Shown: positions 29,101-37,817 of the stretch, piece after piece
Position numbering within the stretch: position 1 is the stretch's first letter
Layout of the letters: each line of letters begins with the position of its first letter
NCBI GenBank assembly: GCA_963674595.2
Contig: CAXXFV010000023.1
Location: 608,001 to 672,000 of the forward strand
Direction: 5' to 3'
DNA from: a bacterium
Lineage (GTDB): Bacteria; Zhuqueibacterota; Zhuqueibacteria; Residuimicrobiales; Krinioviventaceae
Length of the DNA: 64,000 nucleotides
The notes under the pieces: generated by a model
What the model saw: the letters and a program-made list of their open reading frames with translations, nothing else
Databases searched by the model: none
What the model was told of the DNA's origin: nothing
Translations under genes and position numbers: made by a program

Positions 29101-32019
29101 CATGGCACTGCCATTGATACAACTATAAACACAAATTCTTCCGGTGTTGCAGAGATTGCCTGGAGGCTTGGACCCAAAGTTGGAGCCTATGAAGTTAATG
29201 CCTCCTCAAAAAGTGGCAGCACTAATCTTGATGGATCTCCGTTGACTTTTTCTGCAAACGCAGCGGCTGATATAACAAATGCAGATACATCCAAGGTTGA
29301 TGTTTTTCCACCCGTACAAGTCGTATCAAATGGTGGCAACAAAATCACAATAGTTGCCCGTCTTAAGGATAAATTTGGTAATCCGATTAAAGATAGAGCC
29401 GTTGTTTTTAGTGCGATTAATGCAAATGGTGTAACCATTACTCAACCGATTCAGGCGACAGATATTAATGGTGAAGCGTCAGGTCAGGTTTATTCAACGA
29501 CTGTCGGAATTAAACAAATTGTTTGCCGTGATATTAATAGCCAGGTACAACTTTCAGATACCGCCCGAGTGACATTTACCGCTGCTGCAGCGGCACGTAT
29601 TGACGAGCACCAGGATAGTGGTGATGGTGGAGCCGGTAATATAGGGACCGTATTAGGTGATTCGTTGCGTGTTTTGGTTACCGATGAATTTGGTAATCCG
29701 ATAGATAACCATGATGTTTCATTTGGTGTGACTGCCGGTAATGGACAGTTACTTGAAAATCAACCGGTATCAACTGATTCTACCGGAATGGCTTTTGTTC
29801 GCTACCGATTGGGACAAGAACCCGGTACAAACACAATTGAGGCAATAGCCATTGGTATTGCAGGACAAAAAGTCCGTTTTAACCTTATTGCCGAAGATAA
29901 CAATCCGGCACAGATCAAAATGGTTAGTGGTAATAAATCGTCAGCCAAAGCAGGCGAGCAACTGCCGGAACCCTTTGTGGTACGGGTTGTTGATGCTTAT
30001 AACAAACCGGTTTGGAATGTCGAAGTTTTATGGAAAGGTGTGCTTAACCCCGGTAGTATCGTTTCCGAAAATCCGATTACAACCGATGAATATGGAAAGG
30101 CTTCTGCAAATGTTATAGTTAGTTCAACAGTTGGTGAAAATATTTACAGTGCTGAAATTCCAAGTTCACCCTCTATCAGTGCTCAAACATTCTATGCGAC
30201 CACAACTGCAAATAAGGCAACTGGTATCGAATATGGAACGGATTCAGAGCTTGAGGGTGTTGTCAACCAATCATTGACTCAGGCATTGGTAATAAATACT
30301 GTTGATGAGCATGGAAACCGTGTGCCAAGCGTTAATGTAACTTTTACTGTTATGGAAGGTGAAACCGTCGATGGCGTTGGAAAACTTCAAAATGGCGCCA
30401 AAGTGATGAGTATTGCTTCAAACGCAAGCGGACAGGCACTGGCTTACTATACACTCGGTAAAAAAGCCGGAATAAACAGGGTACGCGCCTCCTCTGCCGG
30501 TTTGGAACCAACTTATCGAGAGTTTGTCATCACCGGTGTTGCAGATGTTGCCGATTCCATGTTTGTTTATTCCGGGAATAATCAGAAAATGGAAAAGGGT
30601 AAAGAATTGCTGGAACCGATTGTCGTGCGAGTTGTTGATCAATGGGGCAACCCGGCATCGAACGGACGAGTCTCTTTTGCTGCTATTCAGGGTGGTGGAA
30701 CTATTATAGCGGATAATCCTGTTTCTTCCAACAATCAGGGCCTGGCAAAAGCCAGATGGATACTGGGCCCGACTGCAAATGTTGCTAATATTGCTGTTGT
30801 TATTTCAAATAATAACCTGAAATTTGCAGGTGATCGATTGGAGTTTTGGGCGACAGCCGAATCAAACCAATATCCGGAATTCCAAATGCTGGAACGATAT
30901 GAGGTGTATGAGAATGAATTACTCCAGTTCTTTGTCTTAGCTACGGATGGTGATGGTGATTTTGTAAATTATAATAAGGCCAATATGCCGGCCGATACAA
31001 GCGCCAAGTTTTTGTATGATACGATAAATGAAAAATACAAGTTCCAATGGAAGCCGGGTTATGATCTTGTACAACGCCCGGAAACAGAAAAAACCTATTA
31101 TCCCGTCTTTTATGCCGAAGATACAAAGGGCGGTCGTGATATTGATACGGTTAAAGTTGTTGTCAAAAACAAAAATCGTATGCCGGTAATAAATAGTTAT
31201 GTGCCAATTGATAACTATTACAAGTTTAATCTTGAGGATGGCGTTATAGAATTCAGCGTTAGCGCTACGGATCCGGATAATGATGCATTGTATTATACAT
31301 GGAGAGTCGGTGACGTTGTTAAAGGTAATTCTCAATCATTTACTCTTAATCCATATGATTTGTATCCTAATTTGAATAATATTAGTGTATCTGTTGAAGT
31401 TTCAGACGGTGAGAATTCTACCAGCTTTAACTGGACGTTGAGTTCCGTACAACTGACAAGTTTTACAGCAGATGTCACACCATATCAGGGTGTTATTCTT
31501 GAATGGGAAACTGCTTCTGAGCATAATAATGCTGGTTTTAATGTTCTTCGAAGTATGAAAGAAGATGGTACCTATGCCAAGATAAACAAGGACCTGTTAG
31601 ATCCTGAAGTTGATGGCAAGTACGAATATATTGATAATGATATTGAAGGCGGATATCATTACTATTACAAGATTGAAGATGTCAGCCTCAGCGGTATTCG
31701 TACACAACATGGACCTGTTACAGCCGAAGCTCCGCTTCCTAAAGATTTTAATTTGTCTCAGAATTATCCGAATCCGTTTAATCCGACTACGACAGTTCGT
31801 TATGAATTGCCCAAAACAGCACAGGTACGGTTGGATATTTATAATACCATGGGACAACTGGTGAAGACGCTTATTAACAGACAGGTCAAAGCTGGTTATC
31901 ATACCGTTATGTGGAACGGAAAGGATGAAAATCAAATGACTGTCAGCTCGGGTATTTATTACTATCGAATTAAAGCTGGAAATTTTTCAAGAATCCATAA
32001 AATGGTGTTCCTGAAGTAA
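26065..32019 (+). CDS. Giant surface protein, fragment 3 (Big-1-like repeats + FlgD-Ig/T9SS-type C-terminal domain)
   Basis: Repeated 'V-V-D--GN...V-F-V--G-G...TD--G-A---W-LG' units. C-terminus 'L-QNYPNPFNPTT-V-Y-LP...W-GKD...SGIYYYRI-AG...KMVFLK'. Confidence 0.85.
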   Translation: MLRIADGFASTHVTFGTDADTNVVISVSGTKSDGSDLEGSPAVFTLDPTAGNAYSMGEAYTTSASPGSDHELFVTIKDSYGNLKDGITTNWNITQGLGSLSAAQTVSDENGQAKVVLTLSRTQSTPYIVQASVSGLIGSPVNITINPSEPAKYIQRISPVTAQQGTARSTLDSLVVVRVLKEDAITPFESFPIDFSIIRGTGKLWENTIADTSETKTISTDADGYAEVHWLLGGLGQNEVQAFGQFLTGTPEGTTNPIVFSAEASEGVPSILTIVSGDNQTDGYVGLPVDPFVVKLTDDNGFAIPSYPIRFDVIDGVGGYLGHADSTSRTIYTNSLGQASVTLTLGCELNEVHRVRATALETGIAPVTFSATPTGVAASNIEYVSGNNVNGAYQEATVTNPLEQPFVVRVFNAVCNQPVAGQSVKFTVAQGNGNFNNQNSVSVVSDADGLASATLTLGTQAGDSVYVVNVTSNLVNTPTQQLAGSPVVFKASGIAKTPVSMSKDATTDQQVAVVGQALPNAVRVKVSDEHGNGIQNHPVTFTVTGNGGALVDNMGSDQIKEVLTGSDGYASIVWQMPEKPGFVQLTAAGKKADNTALTNSPLTFTAFADTGAANIMEKAIPGDPELVGVAGKALSQKVRVKISDKFGNAVKHGYPVTFTVMDGGGRVNSATQVTVQTADSGYASVTWVMGTASGYESNVLKANASVANNPELEFKATVVADIAAIMSPQPISDEFVKAGNLLSDPVSVKITDQYGNGINKFPVLFQVVDVDGNMGYLEVQGQTSYTDSTDENGIAQVNWGMGPNVGLNINKLRVVAQRNGIDLENSPYEGYLVSTSVGDPDSLIKITDEPLESVVGNTVTLSVKVTDAFGNPRAAQPVEFKVLSATTAGGGYFDGDEEKIEITKNSDSNGHVTVQFTLGNLAGVNINKVQISSAYNGEPLNGSPALYEISAKSTNATRIAIEDGDDQNGTVGKFVDEMLKVVAYDRDGNRVTQPQPIRFQIVDGETKGGALGHGTAIDTTINTNSSGVAEIAWRLGPKVGAYEVNASSKSGSTNLDGSPLTFSANAAADITNADTSKVDVFPPVQVVSNGGNKITIVARLKDKFGNPIKDRAVVFSAINANGVTITQPIQATDINGEASGQVYSTTVGIKQIVCRDINSQVQLSDTARVTFTAAAAARIDEHQDSGDGGAGNIGTVLGDSLRVLVTDEFGNPIDNHDVSFGVTAGNGQLLENQPVSTDSTGMAFVRYRLGQEPGTNTIEAIAIGIAGQKVRFNLIAEDNNPAQIKMVSGNKSSAKAGEQLPEPFVVRVVDAYNKPVWNVEVLWKGVLNPGSIVSENPITTDEYGKASANVIVSSTVGENIYSAEIPSSPSISAQTFYATTTANKATGIEYGTDSELEGVVNQSLTQALVINTVDEHGNRVPSVNVTFTVMEGETVDGVGKLQNGAKVMSIASNASGQALAYYTLGKKAGINRVRASSAGLEPTYREFVITGVADVADSMFVYSGNNQKMEKGKELLEPIVVRVVDQWGNPASNGRVSFAAIQGGGTIIADNPVSSNNQGLAKARWILGPTANVANIAVVISNNNLKFAGDRLEFWATAESNQYPEFQMLERYEVYENELLQFFVLATDGDGDFVNYNKANMPADTSAKFLYDTINEKYKFQWKPGYDLVQRPETEKTYYPVFYAEDTKGGRDIDTVKVVVKNKNRMPVINSYVPIDNYYKFNLEDGVIEFSVSATDPDNDALYYTWRVGDVVKGNSQSFTLNPYDLYPNLNNISVSVEVSDGENSTSFNWTLSSVQLTSFTADVTPYQGVILEWETASEHNNAGFNVLRSMKEDGTYAKINKDLLDPEVDGKYEYIDNDIEGGYHYYYKIEDVSLSGIRTQHGPVTAEAPLPKDFNLSQNYPNPFNPTTTVRYELPKTAQVRLDIYNTMGQLVKTLINRQVKAGYHTVMWNGKDENQMTVSSGIYYYRIKAGNFSRIHKMVFLK

Positions 32020-32034
32020 AAAAATAAACCCTGT

Positions 32035-32069
32035 AAAAGCCGATACTTGCAAGTATCGGCTTTTTTTTT
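32035..32069 (+). terminator. Rho-independent terminator
   Basis: Perfect palindrome AAAAGCCGATACTTGCAAGTATCGGCTTTT running into a T9 tract, 15 nt after the stop codon. Confidence 0.9.
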
Positions 32070-32185
32070 ATGCTAATTATATGAAAGGGTCATATCACTA
32101 CTTTTTAAACTTGCATTTTCATGGAATTTTCGTTAAAATTAAAATCAATTTTGAAAAAATATTTATATATACCAAGAGGAATGAA

Positions 32186-35050
32186 TTGATTACTCGAATT
32201 GAAATAACAACAAAAAAGGACTTTCAGGATACTGTTGCAAAACGGATTATGTCTGAAGCGGCAGATTTGGATATCCGAACGATAAACAAAGTCTTTTCCT
32301 ATACGGTTACCTATTTATTGGGTGAAATAAATGCTGAACAAAAACGCATCATAACAGAGAAATTACTGGCTGATACGATTGTTCAGGATTATTCAATTGA
32401 TGAATATATAAAACGAACGAATGAAAGTGACGCCTGGTCTGTAGAGGTTACATTTAACCGTGGTGTGACAGATATGGTAGCCGAAACAACTCTTAAAGGT
32501 ATCCATGATTTGGGTATCACCGGTATTGAAGCTGCTAAAACTGCCAAGCGTTATGAATTTACCGGGCAATTGACTGACAATGATAAAGATATTATCGTTC
32601 AAAAATTGTTGATGAATAAAGTAAATGAACATGTGGTCCAGGATGGAGAGCAGATATTTTTTCCCAAAATGGATGATCACTTTGAACTTGTCAAGGTTTC
32701 TTTGCGAAATGCCGATGATAAAACATTAAAATCCATTAGTGTTGAGCGTGATCTTTATTTAAATCTTGAAGAAATGAAGACCATACAGAATTATTATAAA
32801 AATTTGGACCGTGAACCAACCGATATTGAATTGGAGATGATTGCGCAAACATGGTCGGAACACTGCAGCCATAAAACATTAACAGGATTGATTGAATTTG
32901 ATGGAAACGTGATTGATAATCTTTTAAAAAAAACTGTTTTTCAGGTGACAAGCGAGCTTGATAAACCCTGGTGTGTTTCTGTGTTTAAAGACAATGCCGG
33001 AATTATAAAATTTGATGATGAAAACAATATCTGTTTCAAAGTCGAAACGCACAACCATCCTTCAGCTATGGAACCTTATGGCGGCGCCAATACCGGAATC
33101 GGTGGCGTGATTCGTGATCCCTTGGGCACCGGTTTGGGAGCCAAGCCCGTTATTAATACGGATGTTTTTTGTTTTGGTTCGGTTGATATGAAACACAGCG
33201 ATTTACCCAAAGGTGTGCTGCATCCGAAACGTGTTATGCAGGGTGTTGTCGCCGGTGTTCGTGATTATGGTAACCGAATGGGAATTCCAACATCCAACGG
33301 TTCTATTTATTTTGATGAAAAATACCTGGGTAACCCATTGGTCTTCTGTGGCAATGTAGGAATTATGCCGATTGACAAGTGTGAAAAGAATGTGGTTTCC
33401 GGAGATTATATCATCGTTATCGGTGGGCGGACCGGTCGGGACGGAATTCATGGCGCAACAGCTTCATCCGGTGAGCTGCACACGGAAAGTGAAGGGACCT
33501 GGAGCGGTGCCGTTCAAATCGGGAACCCGATTGTTGAAAAGAAAGTTGTAGATACGCTTATGCAGGCACGTGACCTTGACCTTTACAGGGCCATTACAGA
33601 CTGCGGCGCCGGTGGCCTTTCATCTGCGGTTGGTGAACTGGCGGAAACGACCGGGGCTGAAATTGACCTGGAAAAAATTCCTTTAAAATACCACGGTTTG
33701 ACTTATATGGAAATCTGGATTTCGGAAGCACAGGAAAGAATGGTTATATTTGTCGCACCGGAAAACGTAGAAAAAGCCCTTGAACTTTTTGCCAGCGAAG
33801 ATGTGGAAGCCACCGTTATCGGCCGCACAACCAGTGACAAAAAGATTCGGTTAAAATATAATGGGACACTTGTTGGTGAATTGGAAATGAATTTTCTGCA
33901 TGATGGTTTGCCACGAACGGTCCGAAAAGCTGTTTGGGAAAAACCTGACATTGAAAACAGTGTTTTTGAACAACCAAAAGATCTGGCTGGAATTTTACAT
34001 AAAATATTGTCAGCGCCGAATGTTTGCAGTAAGGAATGGGTCATTCGCCAGTATGATCATGAAGTGCAAGGTGGTAGTGTTGTTAAACCTCTTGTTGGAG
34101 TGGATAGTGACGGCCCCGGGGATGCCTGTATAACCCGTCCGTGTTTGGATTCATACAAGGCTGTTATTTTGTCTAACGGTTTAAATCCTAATTATGGTGC
34201 TATAGATCCTTATTGGATGGCAGCATCCTCTATTGATGAAGCTTTAAGAAATATTGTTGCTGTTGGTGGTAATCTCGATGAAACAGCACTGCTGGATAAT
34301 TTTTGCTGGGGTAACACAGATAAACCGGACCGATTGGGCGGATTGGTTCGTGCTGCCCAGGCGTGTTATGATATGGCCAAAGTTTTTGAAACACCATTTA
34401 TTTCCGGCAAGGACAGTCTGAATAATGAGTTTCAAACAGAATCCGGAGAGAGCATTGCCATTCCACCCACTTTATTGATTTCGGCAATTTCTGTTATGCC
34501 GGATGCACGTAAAGCCGTGACCATGGATTTCAAAAAAACGGGTAATAAAATATTTATCGTTGGTTTAACACGAATGGAACTCGGCGGCTCTCATTATTAT
34601 CAAATGTTGGAAAAGACCGACCAGCGGGTACCGATTGTGGATGTTAATGCTGCAAAGGATACTTTTCTGAAATTATCAAAATCCATTGAAGATGGATGGG
34701 TCCGTTCCTGCCATGATTGTTCCGAAGGAGGCCTTGCCGCAGCCGTTGCAGAAATGGCATTTGCCGGCGGAGTTGGTGCTGAAATATCATTGGCTCCAGT
34801 TCCAAAAACTGAGGATGTAAACAGAGACGATTTTGTCTTGTTTTCCGAATCCAACAGCCGGTTTGTTGTTGAGGTAGAACCGGAAAATGTAGCCTCGTTT
34901 TTACAATCAATGAAAGATATTCCTGTTGCTGAAATTGGTAATGTAACCGGAACACAAAATTTGGTCATTACCGGATTAAATAATACAAAAATAATAGATG
35001 AAAATATCGCCGGGCTCAAAGAATCCTGGCAAAAAACATTGAGGTGGTAA
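32186..35050 (+). CDS. purL: Phosphoribosylformylglycinamidine synthase PurL with N-terminal tandem PurS-like domains
   Basis: 'QTWSEHC-HK', 'KVETHNHPSA-EPYGGA-TG-GG-IRD', 'DCGAGG', 'SE-QERM', 'HD-SEGG'. Likely start is TTG 32186 after RBS AGAGGA (ORF track starts at 32081). Confidence 0.95.
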   Translation: MITRIEITTKKDFQDTVAKRIMSEAADLDIRTINKVFSYTVTYLLGEINAEQKRIITEKLLADTIVQDYSIDEYIKRTNESDAWSVEVTFNRGVTDMVAETTLKGIHDLGITGIEAAKTAKRYEFTGQLTDNDKDIIVQKLLMNKVNEHVVQDGEQIFFPKMDDHFELVKVSLRNADDKTLKSISVERDLYLNLEEMKTIQNYYKNLDREPTDIELEMIAQTWSEHCSHKTLTGLIEFDGNVIDNLLKKTVFQVTSELDKPWCVSVFKDNAGIIKFDDENNICFKVETHNHPSAMEPYGGANTGIGGVIRDPLGTGLGAKPVINTDVFCFGSVDMKHSDLPKGVLHPKRVMQGVVAGVRDYGNRMGIPTSNGSIYFDEKYLGNPLVFCGNVGIMPIDKCEKNVVSGDYIIVIGGRTGRDGIHGATASSGELHTESEGTWSGAVQIGNPIVEKKVVDTLMQARDLDLYRAITDCGAGGLSSAVGELAETTGAEIDLEKIPLKYHGLTYMEIWISEAQERMVIFVAPENVEKALELFASEDVEATVIGRTTSDKKIRLKYNGTLVGELEMNFLHDGLPRTVRKAVWEKPDIENSVFEQPKDLAGILHKILSAPNVCSKEWVIRQYDHEVQGGSVVKPLVGVDSDGPGDACITRPCLDSYKAVILSNGLNPNYGAIDPYWMAASSIDEALRNIVAVGGNLDETALLDNFCWGNTDKPDRLGGLVRAAQACYDMAKVFETPFISGKDSLNNEFQTESGESIAIPPTLLISAISVMPDARKAVTMDFKKTGNKIFIVGLTRMELGGSHYYQMLEKTDQRVPIVDVNAAKDTFLKLSKSIEDGWVRSCHDCSEGGLAAAVAEMAFAGGVGAEISLAPVPKTEDVNRDDFVLFSESNSRFVVEVEPENVASFLQSMKDIPVAEIGNVTGTQNLVITGLNNTKIIDENIAGLKESWQKTLRW

Positions 35051-35054
35051 ATAT

Positions 35055-35828
35055 ATGATTCCTCGAATATTAGTGCTTCGGGCGGCCGGCTCGAACTGTG
35101 ATTTTGAAACAAAATATGCTTTTGATATTGCCGGCGGTAAATCGGATTTGGTTCACGTGAATCGTCTGCTAGAGAATAAAGTTTTACTCGACGATTATCA
35201 GATTATTGCTATTCCCGGTGGTTTTACTTATGGTGATGATATTTCAGCCGGTAAGGTTTTGGCAAATCAATTAAAATATAAACTTGCAGAACAGTTGACA
35301 AAATTTCATAAAGACGGAAAGCTGATTATTGGAATTTGCAACGGCTTTCAGGTGTTAGTTAAAGCAGGATTGTTACCTGTGGTCGATTTTAATGCGACTC
35401 AAAAAGTGACATTAACAGATAACGATTCGCATAAATATGAAGACCGTTGGGTCAATCTCAAGGTCAATGATAGCTGCTGTGTATTTACACAAAATATGAA
35501 AGATCAGGTATTTTTTCCGGTTGCACATGCGGAAGGAAAGTTTATACCTGAGAGCGATGCTGTATTAAGAGATTTGTGGAAAAACAGGCAGGTGGTTTTT
35601 CAATACACCAGCCAGAACGGAAGCAAGCCGGTTTATCCTGAAAATCCAAATGGATCTGTGGACGATATTGCCGGAATATGTGACACCTCCGGCCGTGTTT
35701 TAGGATTGATGCCGCATCCTGAGCGACACATTGACCCGACACATAATCCGTTGTGGACCCGCAATGGATTATCAAGTGAGGCAGATGGATTACCATTATT
35801 TAAAAATGCAGTAAACTATTTTAAATAA
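35055..35828 (+). CDS. purQ: Phosphoribosylformylglycinamidine synthase glutaminase subunit
   Basis: 'GSNCD-E', 'PGGFTYGD', 'GICNGFQ', 'AH-EG', 'NPNGS', 'GLMPHPER'. Confidence 0.95.
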   Translation: MIPRILVLRAAGSNCDFETKYAFDIAGGKSDLVHVNRLLENKVLLDDYQIIAIPGGFTYGDDISAGKVLANQLKYKLAEQLTKFHKDGKLIIGICNGFQVLVKAGLLPVVDFNATQKVTLTDNDSHKYEDRWVNLKVNDSCCVFTQNMKDQVFFPVAHAEGKFIPESDAVLRDLWKNRQVVFQYTSQNGSKPVYPENPNGSVDDIAGICDTSGRVLGLMPHPERHIDPTHNPLWTRNGLSSEADGLPLFKNAVNYFK

Positions 35829-35893
35829 AATAATTTTTATAATAGAAACGGTGATTTTATATTGGTTCTATTTTTTCAAAAAATGGGGGAAAA

Positions 35894-36649
35894 ATGAATT
35901 CGGACGATATTAGCACCATTCTGGAAAACTGGCAATATGTGCCAAATGATATAAATGTCCGGCTTATTGAGGGAATTGATGGTGAGACAAAGATACAGAT
36001 GCGTCTTGATTTGGGCATCCTTCAGATGTATCTTGACGGTCGCCCTGATGGAAAAAGACCGCATCAATGTGATTCCTATTTAAGCTATTATGAAAACAAG
36101 TCCCAGGAAAAGAAAAAATCTACCAAAAATGCCAAGTTTCGCCTTTCGCCCATGGACTGCCTGAATTTGCAGCAAGAAACTATTCAATATTATCACCGGT
36201 ATTTGGGTTTGATGAAGTTGGGGGATTATACTCGGGTAGCACGTGATACAAGCCGTAACCTGAAAGTGTTTGATTTTGTTTCAAAATATTCTGATAATGA
36301 AGATATTATCTGGTCTTTTGAACAATACAGGCCCTATGTTTTGATGATGAATGCCCGTTCTTTGGCTTCCATCAGTTTGGACAAGTCTAATTTTGATGAA
36401 GCGCTTGTATTTATAGAAAAAGGTATCAAGGTAATTTCTGAATTTTATGAAAAAAATCAACCCCGAATTGGTTCCGACAGGTTTGAAATAGAGTTTTTAA
36501 CACAATGGGGCGAGGAAATACGCGAAAGAAAACCTTTGTCTGAAAGAGAACGTATAACCAAAGAACTGGACAGGGCAATTCAGGCAGAAGAGTATGAACG
36601 TGCTGCCATTCTTCGTGATCAGTTACGCTTCCTTGGAAGAGATATTTAG
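35894..36649 (+). CDS. Conserved hypothetical protein with C-terminal UvrB/UvrC (UVR) motif
   Basis: 'QMRLDLG-LQM--DGRPDG-RP', 'E--QYYHRY'. C-terminal 'L--AI--EEYERAA-LRDQL'. Confidence 0.75.
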   Translation: MNSDDISTILENWQYVPNDINVRLIEGIDGETKIQMRLDLGILQMYLDGRPDGKRPHQCDSYLSYYENKSQEKKKSTKNAKFRLSPMDCLNLQQETIQYYHRYLGLMKLGDYTRVARDTSRNLKVFDFVSKYSDNEDIIWSFEQYRPYVLMMNARSLASISLDKSNFDEALVFIEKGIKVISEFYEKNQPRIGSDRFEIEFLTQWGEEIRERKPLSERERITKELDRAIQAEEYERAAILRDQLRFLGRDI

Positions 36650-36681
36650 GTATTCATATTTAAATTTAGCGAGGGACTAAT

Positions 36682-37713
36682 ATGGCTGTAAATAAACGTG
36701 TTGCAATATTAATTGGCCCAAATTTTCATGATGAAGAAGCTACTGTACCCAAAAGTTTTTTAAACGTAAGGGGATACCAGGCAGAACTTGTGGGTTTAAC
36801 AGATGATACTGTTACCGGAAAATACGGACGTATAACGTTAAAACCGGATAAAAATATTAATGATATTAGTGTTCGGGATTATGACGGGTTAATTATTCCA
36901 GGCGGTGGCGCGCCTGAACGTATTCGTGTAAATGAAAAGGCTGTTGAATTTGTTAAAGAATTTTGGAAAACCGGAAGGCCGGTTGGGGCTATTTGTCATG
37001 GGCCCCAGGTTTTAATATCTGCAAATGTTTTAAAGGGAATTACTCTTACTTCTTATATTGGCATTCGGGACGATATTATAAATGCAGGCGGAAATTTTGT
37101 TGATCAGGCTGTTTGTGTTGACGGGCAGTTAATTAGTTCCCGCACACCCGATGACTTGCCTGTATTTAATGAGACTTTATATAAAGCTCTTTCACAAGGT
37201 TTGCTGACAGGAAACGAAAGTGAATTGGGAGCTCTTGAGGCATTGGAATTAGCTGTAAACAGAGAAAAAGGTGCACAAGAGTTTTATGAAAAAGCTGCTC
37301 AAATTGCAGCGGCTGAAAATGTGAAAAATAAATTTAAATATCTTGCCACTGTCGAAGTTGAACATTTTGAACAGTTGTTTGATTTTTATTTCAAGATTTC
37401 AGGCGGAAAGGAGCCTGAAATAAAAACCCAAACATCTGAAATTGGCAAGCATTTAATAACATCGGATTTTTCATCTAATAAAGCAATAGAGCTTGCAGTA
37501 AATGCTGAACAAAAAGCTTATGATTTTTATAGATATGCATCCATGAAAGCAAAACATGCAAAAATTCGGGAAATGTTCGAATACCTGGCAGCCGAAGAAA
37601 TTGAACATAAGCGGTTACTGCTGTTAGACAAAGCTTCTCTTGAAGGGGGTCAGGGCCATTTTCAATGGGCCACCCATTTTGATATTCCTCCCGGAATGGA
37701 TGATTTATGGTAG
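36682..37713 (+). CDS. PfpI/DJ-1 family protein fused to ferritin-like (rubrerythrin-type) domain
   Basis: 'F-D-E', 'IPGG-APE--R', 'AICHGP', 'SR-P-DL--F', followed by two 'A---E-----FY...LA--E--H' helix pairs. Confidence 0.85.
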   Translation: MAVNKRVAILIGPNFHDEEATVPKSFLNVRGYQAELVGLTDDTVTGKYGRITLKPDKNINDISVRDYDGLIIPGGGAPERIRVNEKAVEFVKEFWKTGRPVGAICHGPQVLISANVLKGITLTSYIGIRDDIINAGGNFVDQAVCVDGQLISSRTPDDLPVFNETLYKALSQGLLTGNESELGALEALELAVNREKGAQEFYEKAAQIAAAENVKNKFKYLATVEVEHFEQLFDFYFKISGGKEPEIKTQTSEIGKHLITSDFSSNKAIELAVNAEQKAYDFYRYASMKAKHAKIREMFEYLAAEEIEHKRLLLLDKASLEGGQGHFQWATHFDIPPGMDDLW

Positions 37714-37817
37714 AGATAATTGTAGGAATTATTATAATGTGATTTTTTGCACGTCGTGAGAATTTGTGTGTTCGTATATTTTTTGGAGTTTGGTTTAATG
37801 ACAAGGGAGAAAACATT

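Larger units (their letters stand above)
23849..32019 (+). pseudogene. Giant secreted Ig-repeat surface protein (~2722 aa if repaired), interrupted by two +1 frameshifts
   Basis: RBS GGGAGG and ATG 23849. Domain order: signal peptide, beta-sandwich domain, FN3, second beta-sandwich, ~15 Big-1-like repeats, FlgD-Ig/T9SS-like CTD. Removing one A (25006-25012) and one T (26075-26076) gives a continuous ORF. Sequencing error and real inactivation cannot be told apart here. Confidence 0.75.

Noticed and set aside
26100-30900. Ig-repeat region as a tandem DNA repeat or diversity cassette
   Set aside because: Repeats are evident only at protein level and are highly diverged. No near-identical DNA units, recombinase or reverse transcriptase were seen.
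32081-32185. 35-aa N-terminal extension of PurL in the ORF track
   Set aside because: It spans AT-rich promoter-like sequence. A clear RBS plus TTG at 32186 gives the start of the PurS-like domain.
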